NCBI GenBank assembly: GCA_043784245.1
Contig: JAYVYM010000227.1
Location: forward strand, 1-39,875
DNA from: Frankiales bacterium
GTDB taxonomy: Bacteria; Actinomycetota; Actinomycetes; Mycobacteriales; SCTD01
DNA: 39,875 nucleotides
Reading direction: 5' to 3'
In this document: positions 1 to 9,284 of the stretch, piece after piece
Layout of the letters: each line of letters opens with the position of its first letter
Position numbering within the stretch: position 1 is the stretch's first letter
The notes under the pieces: generated by a model
What the model was told of the DNA's origin: nothing
The model's database searches: none
What the model saw: only the letters and a program-made list of their open reading frames with translations
Position numbers and translations under genes: made by a program

Positions 1-587
1 CGGGTGTCGAGGTGCAGGGTGACGCCGGTCGCCAGCAGCCGGTCGATCTCGATGTCGAGGACATCCCGGGGCAGCCTGAAGGTGGGGATGCCGAACCGCA
101 TCATCCCGCCCGGCTGGCTCCCTGCCTCGTGGATCTCGACGGCATGGCCGAGCAGGCGCAGGTGGTAGGCAGCCGACAGTCCCGACGGCCCGGCACCGAC
201 GACGAGGACCCGCTTGCCGGTTGCCGGTCCGGCGGCTGGCAGCTGCCAGCCCTGCCTGATCGCCTCGTCGCCGAGGAAGCGCTCCACCGAGTTGATTCCG
301 ACTGCGCTGTCGAGCTCCGCGCGGTTACAGGCGGTCTCGCAGGGGTGGTAACAGACCCGTCCCATGACGGCTGGGAACGGGTTGTCCTTCACCAGCCGCC
401 GCCATGCGGTCTCGTAGCTGCCGTCCTCAGCGGAGTACAGCCAGCCCTGGATCTGCTCGCCTGCCGGGCAGGCGTGGTTGCACGGCGGCAGACCGTCGAC
501 GTACACGGGGCGCTCACTGCGCCAGGAGCCGGTGTGATTTGCCAGGCTGGACCGGACGTCCAGCGTGATGGCGAAGGGCTTATCCAT
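1..587 (-). CDS. GltD-like NAD(P)H-dependent Fe-S flavoprotein oxidoreductase (N-terminal part; 3' end runs off the window)
   Basis: My own reverse-complement translation from ATG 587..585 gives MDKPFAITLDVRSSLANHTGSWRSERPVYVDGLPPCNHACPAGEQIQGW...GRVCYHPCETACNR...GKRVLVVGAGPSGLSAAYHLRLLGH. It has Cys clusters plus a GxGxxG dinucleotide fold, as in the glutamate-synthase small-subunit family. The ATG lies 2 nt after the porB stop. It is absent from the ORF track because no stop falls inside the window. Confidence 0.75.
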   Translation of the reverse strand, partial: MDKPFAITLDVRSSLANHTGSWRSERPVYVDGLPPCNHACPAGEQIQGWLYSAEDGSYETAWRRLVKDNPFPAVMGRVCYHPCETACNRAELDSAVGINSVERFLGDEAIRQGWQLPAAGPATGKRVLVVGAGPSGLSAAYHLRLLGHAVEIHEAGSQPGGMMRFGIPTFRLPRDVLDIEIDRLLATGVTLHLDT

Positions 588-589
588 CG

Positions 590-1591
590 TCAACGCACCT
601 CTTCGGGGAGCAGGTCGTACCGGGCGATGTTGCGGTCGGCAAGCGCCTGCAGCCGGCCGAGCACGGCGGTGTCCGGCGGGTCGCCGAACAGGTGCGCGAA
701 CCGCCGTTGCGGCCTCAGGTAGTCCTCGACGGGAACGCGTCCCCGGATCGGCAGGGTGGCGGTGACCTCGCCGTGCTCGGCCTCGAACACCGGGAAGAGC
801 CCGCTGCGCTGGGCCAGCCGCGCGAGCCGGACCGTGTCGGCGGGAGCCGAGCCCCAGCCCAGCGGACAGGGCACGAGGACGTGCAGGTAGCGGGCGCCGC
901 GCAGGGACATCGCCCTGTCGACCTTGGCCTCGAGGTCGTGCAGCTCCGCGACGGTCGCGGTGGCTACATACGGGATCTCGTGTGCCATCGCGATGCGCGG
1001 CATGTCCTTGCCAGTAGCGAACCGGTTGCCCGGGTGCGGGCCGACCGCCTCCGTCGTGGCCGTCCGGGCAGCCGGTGGGGTCGCCCCCGAACGCTGGACC
1101 CCGGTGTTCATGTACGCCTGGTTGTCGTAGCAGACGTAGAGGACGTCGTCGTCGCGCTCGAACATGCCGGACAGTGCGGCCAAACCGATGTCGACGGTGG
1201 CTCCGTCACCGCCCTGGGCGAGCACGCGGATGTCGTCCTGTCCGGAGGCCTTCAACGCGGCGGCGACGCCGGCGGCGACCGAGGGTGCATTGGCGAACAG
1301 CGAGTGCAGCCACGGCAGCTGCCACGAGCTCTCCGGGTAGGGCGTCGAGAAGACCTCCAGGCACCCCGTGGCGTTGACAGCGATGAGCTTGCCCTTGGCG
1401 GCCCGGAACGCCGCATCCACGACGTAGCGCGCCCCCAGTGCCTCGCCGCAGCCCTGGCAGGCCCGATGGCCGGAGTTGAGGGTGTTCTGTCGGTCGGGGC
1501 TCGCTTGACCGGTGCGCAGCGACTCCTCCAGCAGCCGGTTCCCGACCGCTCTGCTGCCGATCTGATAAAACTTCACGCCCTCGGCCACCAC
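590..1591 (-). CDS. porB: 2-oxoacid (pyruvate):ferredoxin oxidoreductase beta subunit (TPP-binding)
   Basis: 333-aa ORF with CQGCGE near the N-terminus, the GGDGATVDIG TPP motif and YDNQAYMNTG. GTG start at 1591 is preceded by a GAGGTGG RBS, 9 nt after the porA stop. Confidence 0.9.
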   Translation of the reverse strand: MVAEGVKFYQIGSRAVGNRLLEESLRTGQASPDRQNTLNSGHRACQGCGEALGARYVVDAAFRAAKGKLIAVNATGCLEVFSTPYPESSWQLPWLHSLFANAPSVAAGVAAALKASGQDDIRVLAQGGDGATVDIGLAALSGMFERDDDVLYVCYDNQAYMNTGVQRSGATPPAARTATTEAVGPHPGNRFATGKDMPRIAMAHEIPYVATATVAELHDLEAKVDRAMSLRGARYLHVLVPCPLGWGSAPADTVRLARLAQRSGLFPVFEAEHGEVTATLPIRGRVPVEDYLRPQRRFAHLFGDPPDTAVLGRLQALADRNIARYDLLPEEVR

Positions 1592-1600
1592 AGCGCCACC

Positions 1601-2842
1601 TCATCCGATCCGGGTTGCGGGAACACCGGTCTCGCGCAGCAGGTGCGCTGCGTGCGGGCCGGTCCGGTGCACGTCGTCGCGGCGGCCCAGCTCGCGGTCG
1701 ACCAGGTCGGTACGCAGATCCAGGAAGCTGAGCTCCGCCAACCGTCCTTCGCCGGCCTGGGCGAGCATCGTCTGCACCGACACTTTGGTGACGGCGCGTC
1801 CACCGAGTCCTGCGACGACGGTGCTCACCGTCGTCGGTAGCCCAGCCAGGGCAACGCGGACATCGGCGCTGACGACGCCACCCGCGCCGGGTGCGAAGGC
1901 CCGCTCGAGCACGATGACCTGGTCGGCCCCCGACAGCGCCTCGCGGACAGCCGCTGCGGGGAACGGGCGGTACAGGGTGAGGGTCACGACCCCGACGGAG
2001 GCATCCAGCTCGTCGACCGCGTCCTTGATCGTGCCCGCCACCGAGCCCAGCGCGACGACCACCGTCCTGGCGCCGTCCACGTGGTAGCTCGACAGCGTCG
2101 AGAGCGGCTGGCCCGAGGCCACCGTGTAGTCCGACGCGAGTTCGGGGAAGCGGTCGATCGCCTGCAGCAGCTGGTGGTGCGCCAGATAGCGCACCTCGGT
2201 GAACGCCTCCGGTCCGACCATCGCCCCGATCGTGACCGGCTCGGCCGGGTCCAGCACCTGCCGCGGCCGGTAGGCCGGCAGGTAGTCGTCGACGAGCTCC
2301 TGGCCGGGCAGCTCGATCGGCTCGAACGCGTGCGTCAGGACGAACCCGTCGACGCACACCATCACGGGGACCGACAGCTCCTCGGCCAGCCGGAAGGCCA
2401 CGATGTGCAGCCCGACAGCAGCCTGGTTGTCCTCGGCGTAGAGCTGCACCCAGCCGGCGTCGCGCTGGCTCATCGAGTCGCTGTGGTCGTTCCAGATGTT
2501 GATGGGCGCACCGATGGCCCGGTTGGCCACCGTCATGACGATCGGCAGTCCGAGGCCCGCTGCGTTGTAGAGCGCCTCCGCCATGAACAGCAGCCCCTGG
2601 CTGGCGGTCGCGGTGTAGGTGCGGGCCCCTGCCGCCGAGGCACCGATGGCCACCGACATCGCGCTGAACTCGGACTCGACGGTGAGGTACTCGCAGGGGG
2701 CCAGGGTGCCTGCCTTCGCCATCGCACCGACGGCTTCGACGATGTGGGTCTGCGGCGTGATCGGGTACGCAGGCACGACCGCGGGACGGCACCAGGCCAC
2801 GGCCTGGGCGATCGCCCGCGAACCCTCAATCTGCTGGCGCAT
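1601..2842 (-). CDS. porA: 2-oxoacid (pyruvate):ferredoxin oxidoreductase alpha subunit
   Basis: MRQQIEGSRAIAQAVAWCRPAVVPAYPITPQTHIVE...ESEFSAMSVAIGASAAGARTYTATASQGL is typical of the POR alpha N-domain. I chose the internal ATG at 2842. The track ORF extends to 2935, but that extension overlaps porG and is Pro/Ser/Arg-rich. Confidence 0.88.
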   Translation of the reverse strand: MRQQIEGSRAIAQAVAWCRPAVVPAYPITPQTHIVEAVGAMAKAGTLAPCEYLTVESEFSAMSVAIGASAAGARTYTATASQGLLFMAEALYNAAGLGLPIVMTVANRAIGAPINIWNDHSDSMSQRDAGWVQLYAEDNQAAVGLHIVAFRLAEELSVPVMVCVDGFVLTHAFEPIELPGQELVDDYLPAYRPRQVLDPAEPVTIGAMVGPEAFTEVRYLAHHQLLQAIDRFPELASDYTVASGQPLSTLSSYHVDGARTVVVALGSVAGTIKDAVDELDASVGVVTLTLYRPFPAAAVREALSGADQVIVLERAFAPGAGGVVSADVRVALAGLPTTVSTVVAGLGGRAVTKVSVQTMLAQAGEGRLAELSFLDLRTDLVDRELGRRDDVHRTGPHAAHLLRETGVPATRIG

Positions 2843-3425
2843 GGCTGACCTGCCTGACGTTCTCGCGGCTGGCTCTGATGTTCTCGTAGCCGGCCCGGGC
2901 AGCCGAGACGTTGAGCTCGGCGACGCCTGCGGCAAACCTGCCCTTCACCGCGACCTCGATCGAGCCGAGCGACACGCTGCCGGTCAGGGCGGCGAAGGCT
3001 CCGAGCAGGCAGATGTTCGGCAGCGGTTTGCCGAGATGCCTGCGAGCCAGCTCGGTGGCGGGCAGGGTCACCAGGCGCTCAGGGTCGTGGCGGTCAGCGA
3101 GCTCTGCGACCCCCAGCTCGTGCAAGGAGTGCACCGAGTTGATGAGGACGTACCCGGTGGGTGACAGGCCGGCGAACACGTCGACCTGGTGGAGCAGGCC
3201 CGCATCGAGCACCACGACCGCGTCGGGCTGGGTGACCGGTTCTCGGACCCGGATGGCGGCGTCCGAGATGCGGCAGAACGACAGGACCGGGGCGCCCATC
3301 CGCTCGGAACCGAAGCTAGGGAAGGCCTGCGCCTCGTGGCCGTCGAGGAAGGCCGCCACCGACAGCAGCTCAGCGGCTGTCACGACGCCCTGCCCGCCGC
3401 GCCCATGGAATCGCACCTCGAGCAC
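2826..3425 (-). CDS. porG: 2-oxoacid (pyruvate):ferredoxin oxidoreductase gamma subunit
   Basis: MLEVRFHGRGGQGVVTAAELL...FPSFGSERMGAP is the POR gamma signature. GTG start lies 4 nt after the gap stop, and the 3' end overlaps the porA start by 17 nt. Confidence 0.9.
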   Translation of the reverse strand: MLEVRFHGRGGQGVVTAAELLSVAAFLDGHEAQAFPSFGSERMGAPVLSFCRISDAAIRVREPVTQPDAVVVLDAGLLHQVDVFAGLSPTGYVLINSVHSLHELGVAELADRHDPERLVTLPATELARRHLGKPLPNICLLGAFAALTGSVSLGSIEVAVKGRFAAGVAELNVSAARAGYENIRASRENVRQVSHAPAD

Positions 3426-3429
3426 TGGC

Positions 3430-4440
3430 TCAGCCCTGCTGCGCGACGAGCCGGGTCAGGTCCACCAGGCGCGCGGTGTAGCCCCACTCGTTGTCGTACC
3501 AGCCGAAGACCTTGACCAGCCTGCCGGCGGCCTGGGTCAGCTCGGAGTCGAAGACGCAGGAGGCCGAGTCGCCGATCACGTCGCTGGAGACGACGGGCTC
3601 GGTGGTGTAGCGCAACCGACCGGCCAGCGGCCCCGCGGTCCCGGCCGCCTGGAACGCATCGTTCACGGCCGCCACGGTGGCCTCCTTGTCCATCAGCACC
3701 GCGAGGTCGACCAGCGAACCGTCGACGACCGGCACCCGCAGCGCGACACCGTCCAGCCGGCCCTTCATCGCCGGGATCACCTCACCGACGGCCCGGGCAG
3801 CACCGGTGGTCGTAGGGATGATGTTCACCGCCGCGGAACGGGCCCGACGCGGGTCCTTGTGCGGCCCGTCCAGCAGGTTCTGGTCGCTGGTGTAGGCGTG
3901 CACGGTGGTCATGTAGCCCTGTTCGATGCCGAAGCTGTCGAGCAGCACCTTCACCATCGGCGCGACGCAGTTCGTCGTACACGACGCATTCGAGATGATG
4001 TGGTGTCGCGCCGCGTCGTAGGTCTCGTCGTTGACCCCCATCACGATCGTGGTGTCGACGCCCTTACCCGGGGAGGACAGCAGCACCTTGGACGCGCCGG
4101 TAGCCAGGTGCGCTGCCGCCGCCTCGCGGGTGCGGAACCGGCCCGTCGACTCGATGACGATCTGCGCGCCGTGGTCGCGCCAGGCCAGCTTCGCCGGGTC
4201 ACGCTCGGAGCTGACAGCGATCTTGTGCCCGTCCACGGCGATCGCGTCACCAAGGTCCTCGACGGTGCGGTGCAAGGGCCCGAAGGTGCTGTCGTTGCGG
4301 AGGAGCCGGGCCATCGTGGCGGAGTCGGTGACGTCGTTGATGGCCACCACCTGCAGGTCGGTGTCCTGGGCGGCCAGGAGGTACCGCAGGTAGTCCCGGC
4401 CGATCCGACCGAACCCGTTGATGCCGATGTTGACGCTCAT
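3430..4440 (-). CDS. gap: Type I glyceraldehyde-3-phosphate dehydrogenase
   Basis: MSVNIGINGFGRIGRDYLR (NAD fold), catalytic SNASCTTNC, and the WYDNEWGY C-terminal motif. A GGGAGA RBS lies upstream of ATG 4440. Confidence 0.95.
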   Translation of the reverse strand: MSVNIGINGFGRIGRDYLRYLLAAQDTDLQVVAINDVTDSATMARLLRNDSTFGPLHRTVEDLGDAIAVDGHKIAVSSERDPAKLAWRDHGAQIVIESTGRFRTREAAAAHLATGASKVLLSSPGKGVDTTIVMGVNDETYDAARHHIISNASCTTNCVAPMVKVLLDSFGIEQGYMTTVHAYTSDQNLLDGPHKDPRRARSAAVNIIPTTTGAARAVGEVIPAMKGRLDGVALRVPVVDGSLVDLAVLMDKEATVAAVNDAFQAAGTAGPLAGRLRYTTEPVVSSDVIGDSASCVFDSELTQAAGRLVKVFGWYDNEWGYTARLVDLTRLVAQQG

Positions 4441-4540
4441 ACGTGGTCTCCCTGGTGTGTCGCCGACGTGCCCGACAGCCCGCGTTGGGGCGGGCCTCGC
4501 GTGCCGACTGACATCTTGGCCATGATCCAGGCGCGTCGGA

Positions 4541-4589
4541 AGGGCCGAAGGTCACCTCGTGTGGCTCAACGTTGGTGACCTTCGACCCT
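4541..4589. promoter_or_regulatory. Large inverted repeat (16-nt arms, 17-nt spacer) in the gap/ppsA divergent intergenic region
   Basis: AGGGCCGAAGGTCACC (4541..4556), tcgtgtggctcaacgtt, GGTGACCTTCGACCCT (4574..4589). 15 of 16 positions are complementary. The mismatch is C.A on the plus transcript but G.U on the minus transcript. Confidence 0.5.
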
Positions 4590-4649
4590 GTATCGACAGG
4601 CATTGCCGTGGTCACAGTGGTGGACCCACCCTGCTGCAGGAGGCTCACG

Positions 4650-6962
4650 ATGCACGCGATCGCATGGTTCCAGGACCTGGGCGTTGGCAACGCCGAGCTC
4701 GCGGGTGGTAAGGGTGCCAACCTCGGTGAGTTGACTGCGGCCGGTCTGCCGGTGCCGGCAGGTTTCGTCGTGACCAGCGAGGCCTACCTCGGTGCGATCG
4801 AGGCCTCCGATGCCCGGGAGAAGCTGCAAGCGACGCTGCTCGGTCTGGACGCAGACGACGACGATGCACTCACCGCGGCCTCCGAACTGGCCTGCTCGCT
4901 CGTGCGCTCAACCCCGATTCCCGCCGACCTGGCGCAGGAGATCGCGGACGCCTACCAGCACCTGGGGAACCGCGTCCGGGTGGCAGTCCGCTCCTCGGGA
5001 ACGAGCGAGGACGCCGGCGACACCTCCTTCGCGGGCATGAACGCAACTTTCACCAACGTCGCGGGCGGGGCGGACCTGCTTGCCCGCATCGTCGACTGTT
5101 GGGCGTCGCTGTACGGCAAGCGCGTGATGTCCTACCGGGCGGCGACGAACCTCGCCGAGGAGCCCACCCTGGCCGTCGTGGTCCAGTCGATGATCCCGTC
5201 GGAACGGTCCGGAATCATGTTCACCGCCGACCCGTCGGACGGTGACACAGGGCGCATCGTCATCGAGGCGGTCCTCGGACAGGGCGAGGCGATCGTGAGC
5301 GGGATGGTGGAACCCGACACCTACCTCGTACCCAAGGAGCCGCTGCGCGTTTCCAGTGTCCGCGTCGGCCACCAGTCGGCCAAGATTGTCCGCGGGGCTG
5401 ATGGCGCAGACGAGACGGTCGCCCTCACGCCGGCCGAGGGTGCGCTGCGCATCCTCACCGACGAGGAGATTCTCGAGATCGCCCGGCTCGGTATCGCCGT
5501 CGAGCAGCACTACGGCCGGCCACAGGACATCGAGTGGGCGCGAGCCGGCGGCAAGACCTGGCTGGTGCAGTCCCGTCCGATCACGACCCTGCCCCGGCCC
5601 GACGCGCAGCCGCAGGAGGGCAAGGTGCTGGTGCGAGGGCTCGCCGCGTCGACCGGTCGCGCGTCCGGTCGGGTCCGGGTGCTGCGCTCCCCCGAGGAGG
5701 GCGTTCAGCTGCAGACCGGCGAGGTGCTGGTCGCGCCGATGACCAGCCCCGACTGGGTCCCGGCCATGCGGCGGGCAGCGGCGCTGGTCACCGACGGCGG
5801 TGGCATCACCTGTCACGCCGCGATCATCTCGCGTGAGCTCGGTGTGCCCTGTGTCGTCGGCACCCGCACCGCCACCACGTCCCTGCGGGACGGCGAGCTC
5901 GTGACGGTTGACGGGCGCGCCGGCGTCGTGCTCGAGGGAGTGGTGGCCAAGGCTGCCGAACCCGTCCCGGTGGCCCCGAGCAGCGCATCGACCGGCGAGC
6001 CCCTCGCGACGACGGTGTACCTGAACCTCGCTGTTGCCGAGCACGCCGAGCAGGTAGCGGCCCTGGACGTCGACGGGGTGGGTCTGCTGCGCGCTGAATT
6101 CATGGTCGCGGACGCACTCAAGGGCGTGCACCCGCGGCTGCTCCTGCAGCGCGGCGAGCAACAGACCTTTGTCGACGCGATGACCGGGCCGCTGCTGCGC
6201 ATCGCCCGAGCGTTCATGCCACGCCCGGTCGTGTACCGCAGCATCGACTTCCGCTCCAACGAGTTCCGTGGGCTGGAAGGTGGCGAGCAGTTCGAGCCGC
6301 ACGAGGAGAACCCGATGATCGGGTACCGCGGGTGCTACCGCTATATCAATCAGCCCGACCTGTTCCGGCTCGAGCTCGACGTGCTGGGCGGCGTGGACGC
6401 ACAGACCCACAACCTTCGTCTGATGATCCCGTTCGTCCGGACCGCCTGGGAGCTGGAGCGCTGCCTGGAGATCATCAATGCTCATCCCACAGCTTCCACC
6501 CTGCCTGTGTGGGTGATGGCCGAGGTGCCGTCCGTGGCGTACTGGATCCCGACGTACGCCCGGATGGGCATCGTGGGGGTGTCCATCGGTAGTAACGACC
6601 TCACTCAGCTGGTGCTCGGCGTGGACCGCGACTCAGAGGTGTGTGCCGAGTTGTTCGACGAGTCCGACCCTGCCGTCCTGGATGCCATTGCCCGGATCGT
6701 GCACGCCTGCCAGGGCGCCGGCATCACGTCGTCGCTCTGCGGTCAGGCTCCGTCCAATCGGCCGGAATTCGCCGAATACCTCGTACAGCTGGGGATCACC
6801 TCGGTCTCGGTCAACCCGGACGCCGTCGGCAAGGTCCGACGCTCGATCGCCAGCGCTGAACGAGGTGTCCTGCTCGCAGGGGTCCAGCCAGAGCGCAAGG
6901 CGGGAACCCAGCTGCGCCCCCGAATCAGCGCGCATAACGCACGTCCAATGCTGCATGAGTAA
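4650..6962 (+). CDS. ppsA: Phosphoenolpyruvate synthase (pyruvate, water dikinase)
   Basis: N-terminal [13 protein letters not shown]-grasp motif, phosphohistidine swivel [21 protein letters not shown], and C-terminal PEP-utilizer domain ([14 protein letters not shown]). ATG 4650 has an AGGAGG RBS 6 nt upstream. The track start at 4572 lies inside the inverted repeat. Confidence 0.92.
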   Translation: MHAIAWFQDLGVGNAELAGGKGANLGELTAAGLPVPAGFVVTSEAYLGAIEASDAREKLQATLLGLDADDDDALTAASELACSLVRSTPIPADLAQEIADAYQHLGNRVRVAVRSSGTSEDAGDTSFAGMNATFTNVAGGADLLARIVDCWASLYGKRVMSYRAATNLAEEPTLAVVVQSMIPSERSGIMFTADPSDGDTGRIVIEAVLGQGEAIVSGMVEPDTYLVPKEPLRVSSVRVGHQSAKIVRGADGADETVALTPAEGALRILTDEEILEIARLGIAVEQHYGRPQDIEWARAGGKTWLVQSRPITTLPRPDAQPQEGKVLVRGLAASTGRASGRVRVLRSPEEGVQLQTGEVLVAPMTSPDWVPAMRRAAALVTDGGGITCHAAIISRELGVPCVVGTRTATTSLRDGELVTVDGRAGVVLEGVVAKAAEPVPVAPSSASTGEPLATTVYLNLAVAEHAEQVAALDVDGVGLLRAEFMVADALKGVHPRLLLQRGEQQTFVDAMTGPLLRIARAFMPRPVVYRSIDFRSNEFRGLEGGEQFEPHEENPMIGYRGCYRYINQPDLFRLELDVLGGVDAQTHNLRLMIPFVRTAWELERCLEIINAHPTASTLPVWVMAEVPSVAYWIPTYARMGIVGVSIGSNDLTQLVLGVDRDSEVCAELFDESDPAVLDAIARIVHACQGAGITSSLCGQAPSNRPEFAEYLVQLGITSVSVNPDAVGKVRRSIASAERGVLLAGVQPERKAGTQLRPRISAHNARPMLHE

Positions 6963-6974
6963 AAGGTGTAATGC

Positions 6975-9284
6975 ATGACCAGGCAACTCCGACTTCCGGT
7001 GGGTCGCCAGGTGCTGGTCTTCCTGGGCTCGGCGGTGCTGTTGCTTGTCGGCGCCGCAGCGTGGCTGCTGGACGCGGCCACGTTCGCAAGCGTCTCGTGG
7101 AGCGCCGGCACCGTGCTCGGTCTGATGCTGTCGACCTGGTGGACTGTCGCGGCGTTGCGCCGGCGCGAGCCAAGCGTCGATGTGATCGCCCTGCTGGCCC
7201 TTGCTGGTGCGCTGGCAGTGGGCGAGCCATTCGCTGGCGCCGTGATCACTGTGATGCTGGCAAGTGGACAGCTGCTGGAGGCCCGGGCGGCGGCGCGGGC
7301 CCGCCGCGAGTTGAGCCTGCTGGTCGAAAGAGCCCCGCGCACGGCGCGCCGCCGCGTCGGCGACGTCGTCGTCGAGATTGCTGTGGGTGACGTCAGTCCC
7401 GGCGACCTGCTGCTCGTGGGCGCCGGCGAGATCGTGCCGGTCGACGGACGACTGCTGTGCTCGGCCGTGCTGGACGAGTCGGCGCTGACGGGGGAGGCAA
7501 GGCCGAAGGAGAGGACCGCCGGTGATGAGGTCCGCAGTGGCGGGATCAACACCGGCCAGCCCGTCGAGTTGGTCGCGACGGCGACGGCTGAGGGGTCGAC
7601 GTACGAAGGCGTGGTGCGTCTCGTCGCGCAGGCACAGGCCACGTCGGCGCCGTTTGTCAGAGTGGCCGATCGGTTCGCCACCTTGTTCGTCCCGCTCACG
7701 ATGGCTGTCGCGGGCGCCGCCTGGGCGCTCAGCTCCGATCCGGTTCGAGCGGTCGCCGTGCTTGTCGTCGCGACACCCTGCCCGCTGCTGCTCGCCGCCC
7801 CGATTGCGATCATGTCCGGCCTGTCCCGCGCCGCCCGTGTCGGCGTCGTGATCAAAGGCGGCGGCGCGCTGGAGCAGCTGGCCGCCGGCCGGGTGATCCT
7901 GTTCGACAAGACCGGCACGCTGACCCAGGGACGCCCGGTGCTCGCCAGCATCGTGACTGCACCCGACCAGAGCTCTGCTGATGAGTTGCTCCGGCTTGCA
8001 GCGTCGCTCGACCAGGTCTCGGCCCACGTCCTCGCGAATGCCATCGTGACGGCCGGCACCCGACGGGGCCTGTCCCTGGAGATGCCCGAAGACGTGAAGG
8101 AGGTGCACGGGTACGGACTTGAAGGATCAGTGGGGGGTCACCGCGTGCGGCTGGGCAAAGCGGCCTGGATCGTGGGTGCGGATGCCCCACTCTGGGTGCT
8201 TCAGGTTCGACGCCGCGCGGAGCTTGATGGCTCGCTCATCGTCTTCGCTGCTGTCGACGACGAGGCGGCGGGCGCGCTGCTGTTGGAAGACACCGTCCGG
8301 CCCGAGGCGCCGCGCATGATCCGCGCTTTGCGGTCTGCAGGCATCAGGCGCGTTGTCCTGTTGACCGGTGACCGGGCAGACAGTGCCGAGACCATCGGGC
8401 GCATCGTCGGCGTCGACGAGGTTCTGTCGGACTGCGACCCCGCCGACAAGCTCGCCGCGATCAGGCGTGAGTCCGCGGCGGCCCCCACCATCATGGTCGG
8501 TGACGGCATCAACGATGCGCCCGCGCTGGCGGCAGCCGGAGCCGGCGTCGCGTTGGCCGCACGGGGTGCGACGGCGTCGTCGGAGGCCGCTGACGTCGTG
8601 CTGACCGTCGACCGGATTGACGCCCTGGCGGAGGCGATCCTGATCGCCCGGCGCTCCAAGGCCATCGCGCTGCAGGCGGTCGTGGTCGGCATGGGGCTCT
8701 CGCTGGCGGCCATGGTCGCCGCGGCTCTCGGGTTTCTGCAGCCGGCGGCAGGTGCGGTGACGCAGGAGGTCATTGACGTACTGGCGATCGGCCTCGCCCT
8801 GCGCGCGGTGCTGCCCGGTGCTGCACACTCCATCGCCATGTCGCCGCAGGACGAGGCGACGGCCCGCACCCTGCGTGCAGAGCACGACGCGGTTCTGCCC
8901 ACCGTCGAGCGGATCCGCTCTGTGGCTGACGCGCTGTCCGACCCCCGCTGTGACCTTGCGCCGGTGCAGAGGCTGTTGACGCAGCTGCAGACCGAGTTGC
9001 TGCCGCATGAGAAGACGGAGGAGGCACTCCTCGTTCCGCTGGTGGCCCGAGCACTCGGAGGAACCGACGCCACGGCAGCCCTGAGTCGCACCCACGCCGA
9101 GATCGAGCATCAGGTCAGCCGCCTGCGACGATTGCTCCAGGACCTGCACGGGGACAGCATCGCCGAGGAAGACCTGACAGACCTCCGCCGCCTGCTGTAC
9201 GGGCTGTACGGGGTGCTCAGGCTGCACAACGCACTCGAGGAGGAAGGCGCCTTCAGCCTCGTCCCGAGTGCCGCCTCGACATGA
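6975..9284 (+). CDS. P1B-5-type heavy-metal P-type ATPase with C-terminal hemerythrin-like domain
   Basis: LFDKTGTLT phosphorylation motif, VGDGINDAPAL hinge, and TM motif VVATPCPLLLAAP (PCP rather than CPC). There is no N-terminal HMA domain. The ~150-aa C-terminus carries His/Glu motifs (LRAEH, LLPHEKTEE, THAEIEH, LRLHNALEEEGAF) typical of hemerythrin-like cation-binding domains. Confidence 0.85.
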   Translation: MTRQLRLPVGRQVLVFLGSAVLLLVGAAAWLLDAATFASVSWSAGTVLGLMLSTWWTVAALRRREPSVDVIALLALAGALAVGEPFAGAVITVMLASGQLLEARAAARARRELSLLVERAPRTARRRVGDVVVEIAVGDVSPGDLLLVGAGEIVPVDGRLLCSAVLDESALTGEARPKERTAGDEVRSGGINTGQPVELVATATAEGSTYEGVVRLVAQAQATSAPFVRVADRFATLFVPLTMAVAGAAWALSSDPVRAVAVLVVATPCPLLLAAPIAIMSGLSRAARVGVVIKGGGALEQLAAGRVILFDKTGTLTQGRPVLASIVTAPDQSSADELLRLAASLDQVSAHVLANAIVTAGTRRGLSLEMPEDVKEVHGYGLEGSVGGHRVRLGKAAWIVGADAPLWVLQVRRRAELDGSLIVFAAVDDEAAGALLLEDTVRPEAPRMIRALRSAGIRRVVLLTGDRADSAETIGRIVGVDEVLSDCDPADKLAAIRRESAAAPTIMVGDGINDAPALAAAGAGVALAARGATASSEAADVVLTVDRIDALAEAILIARRSKAIALQAVVVGMGLSLAAMVAAALGFLQPAAGAVTQEVIDVLAIGLALRAVLPGAAHSIAMSPQDEATARTLRAEHDAVLPTVERIRSVADALSDPRCDLAPVQRLLTQLQTELLPHEKTEEALLVPLVARALGGTDATAALSRTHAEIEHQVSRLRRLLQDLHGDSIAEEDLTDLRRLLYGLYGVLRLHNALEEEGAFSLVPSAAST

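Noticed and set aside
4572-4649. Alternative upstream GTG start for ppsA at 4572.
   Set aside because: The extension ([26 protein letters not shown]) has no counterpart in PEP synthases and begins inside the inverted repeat. ATG 4650 has a perfect AGGAGG SD.
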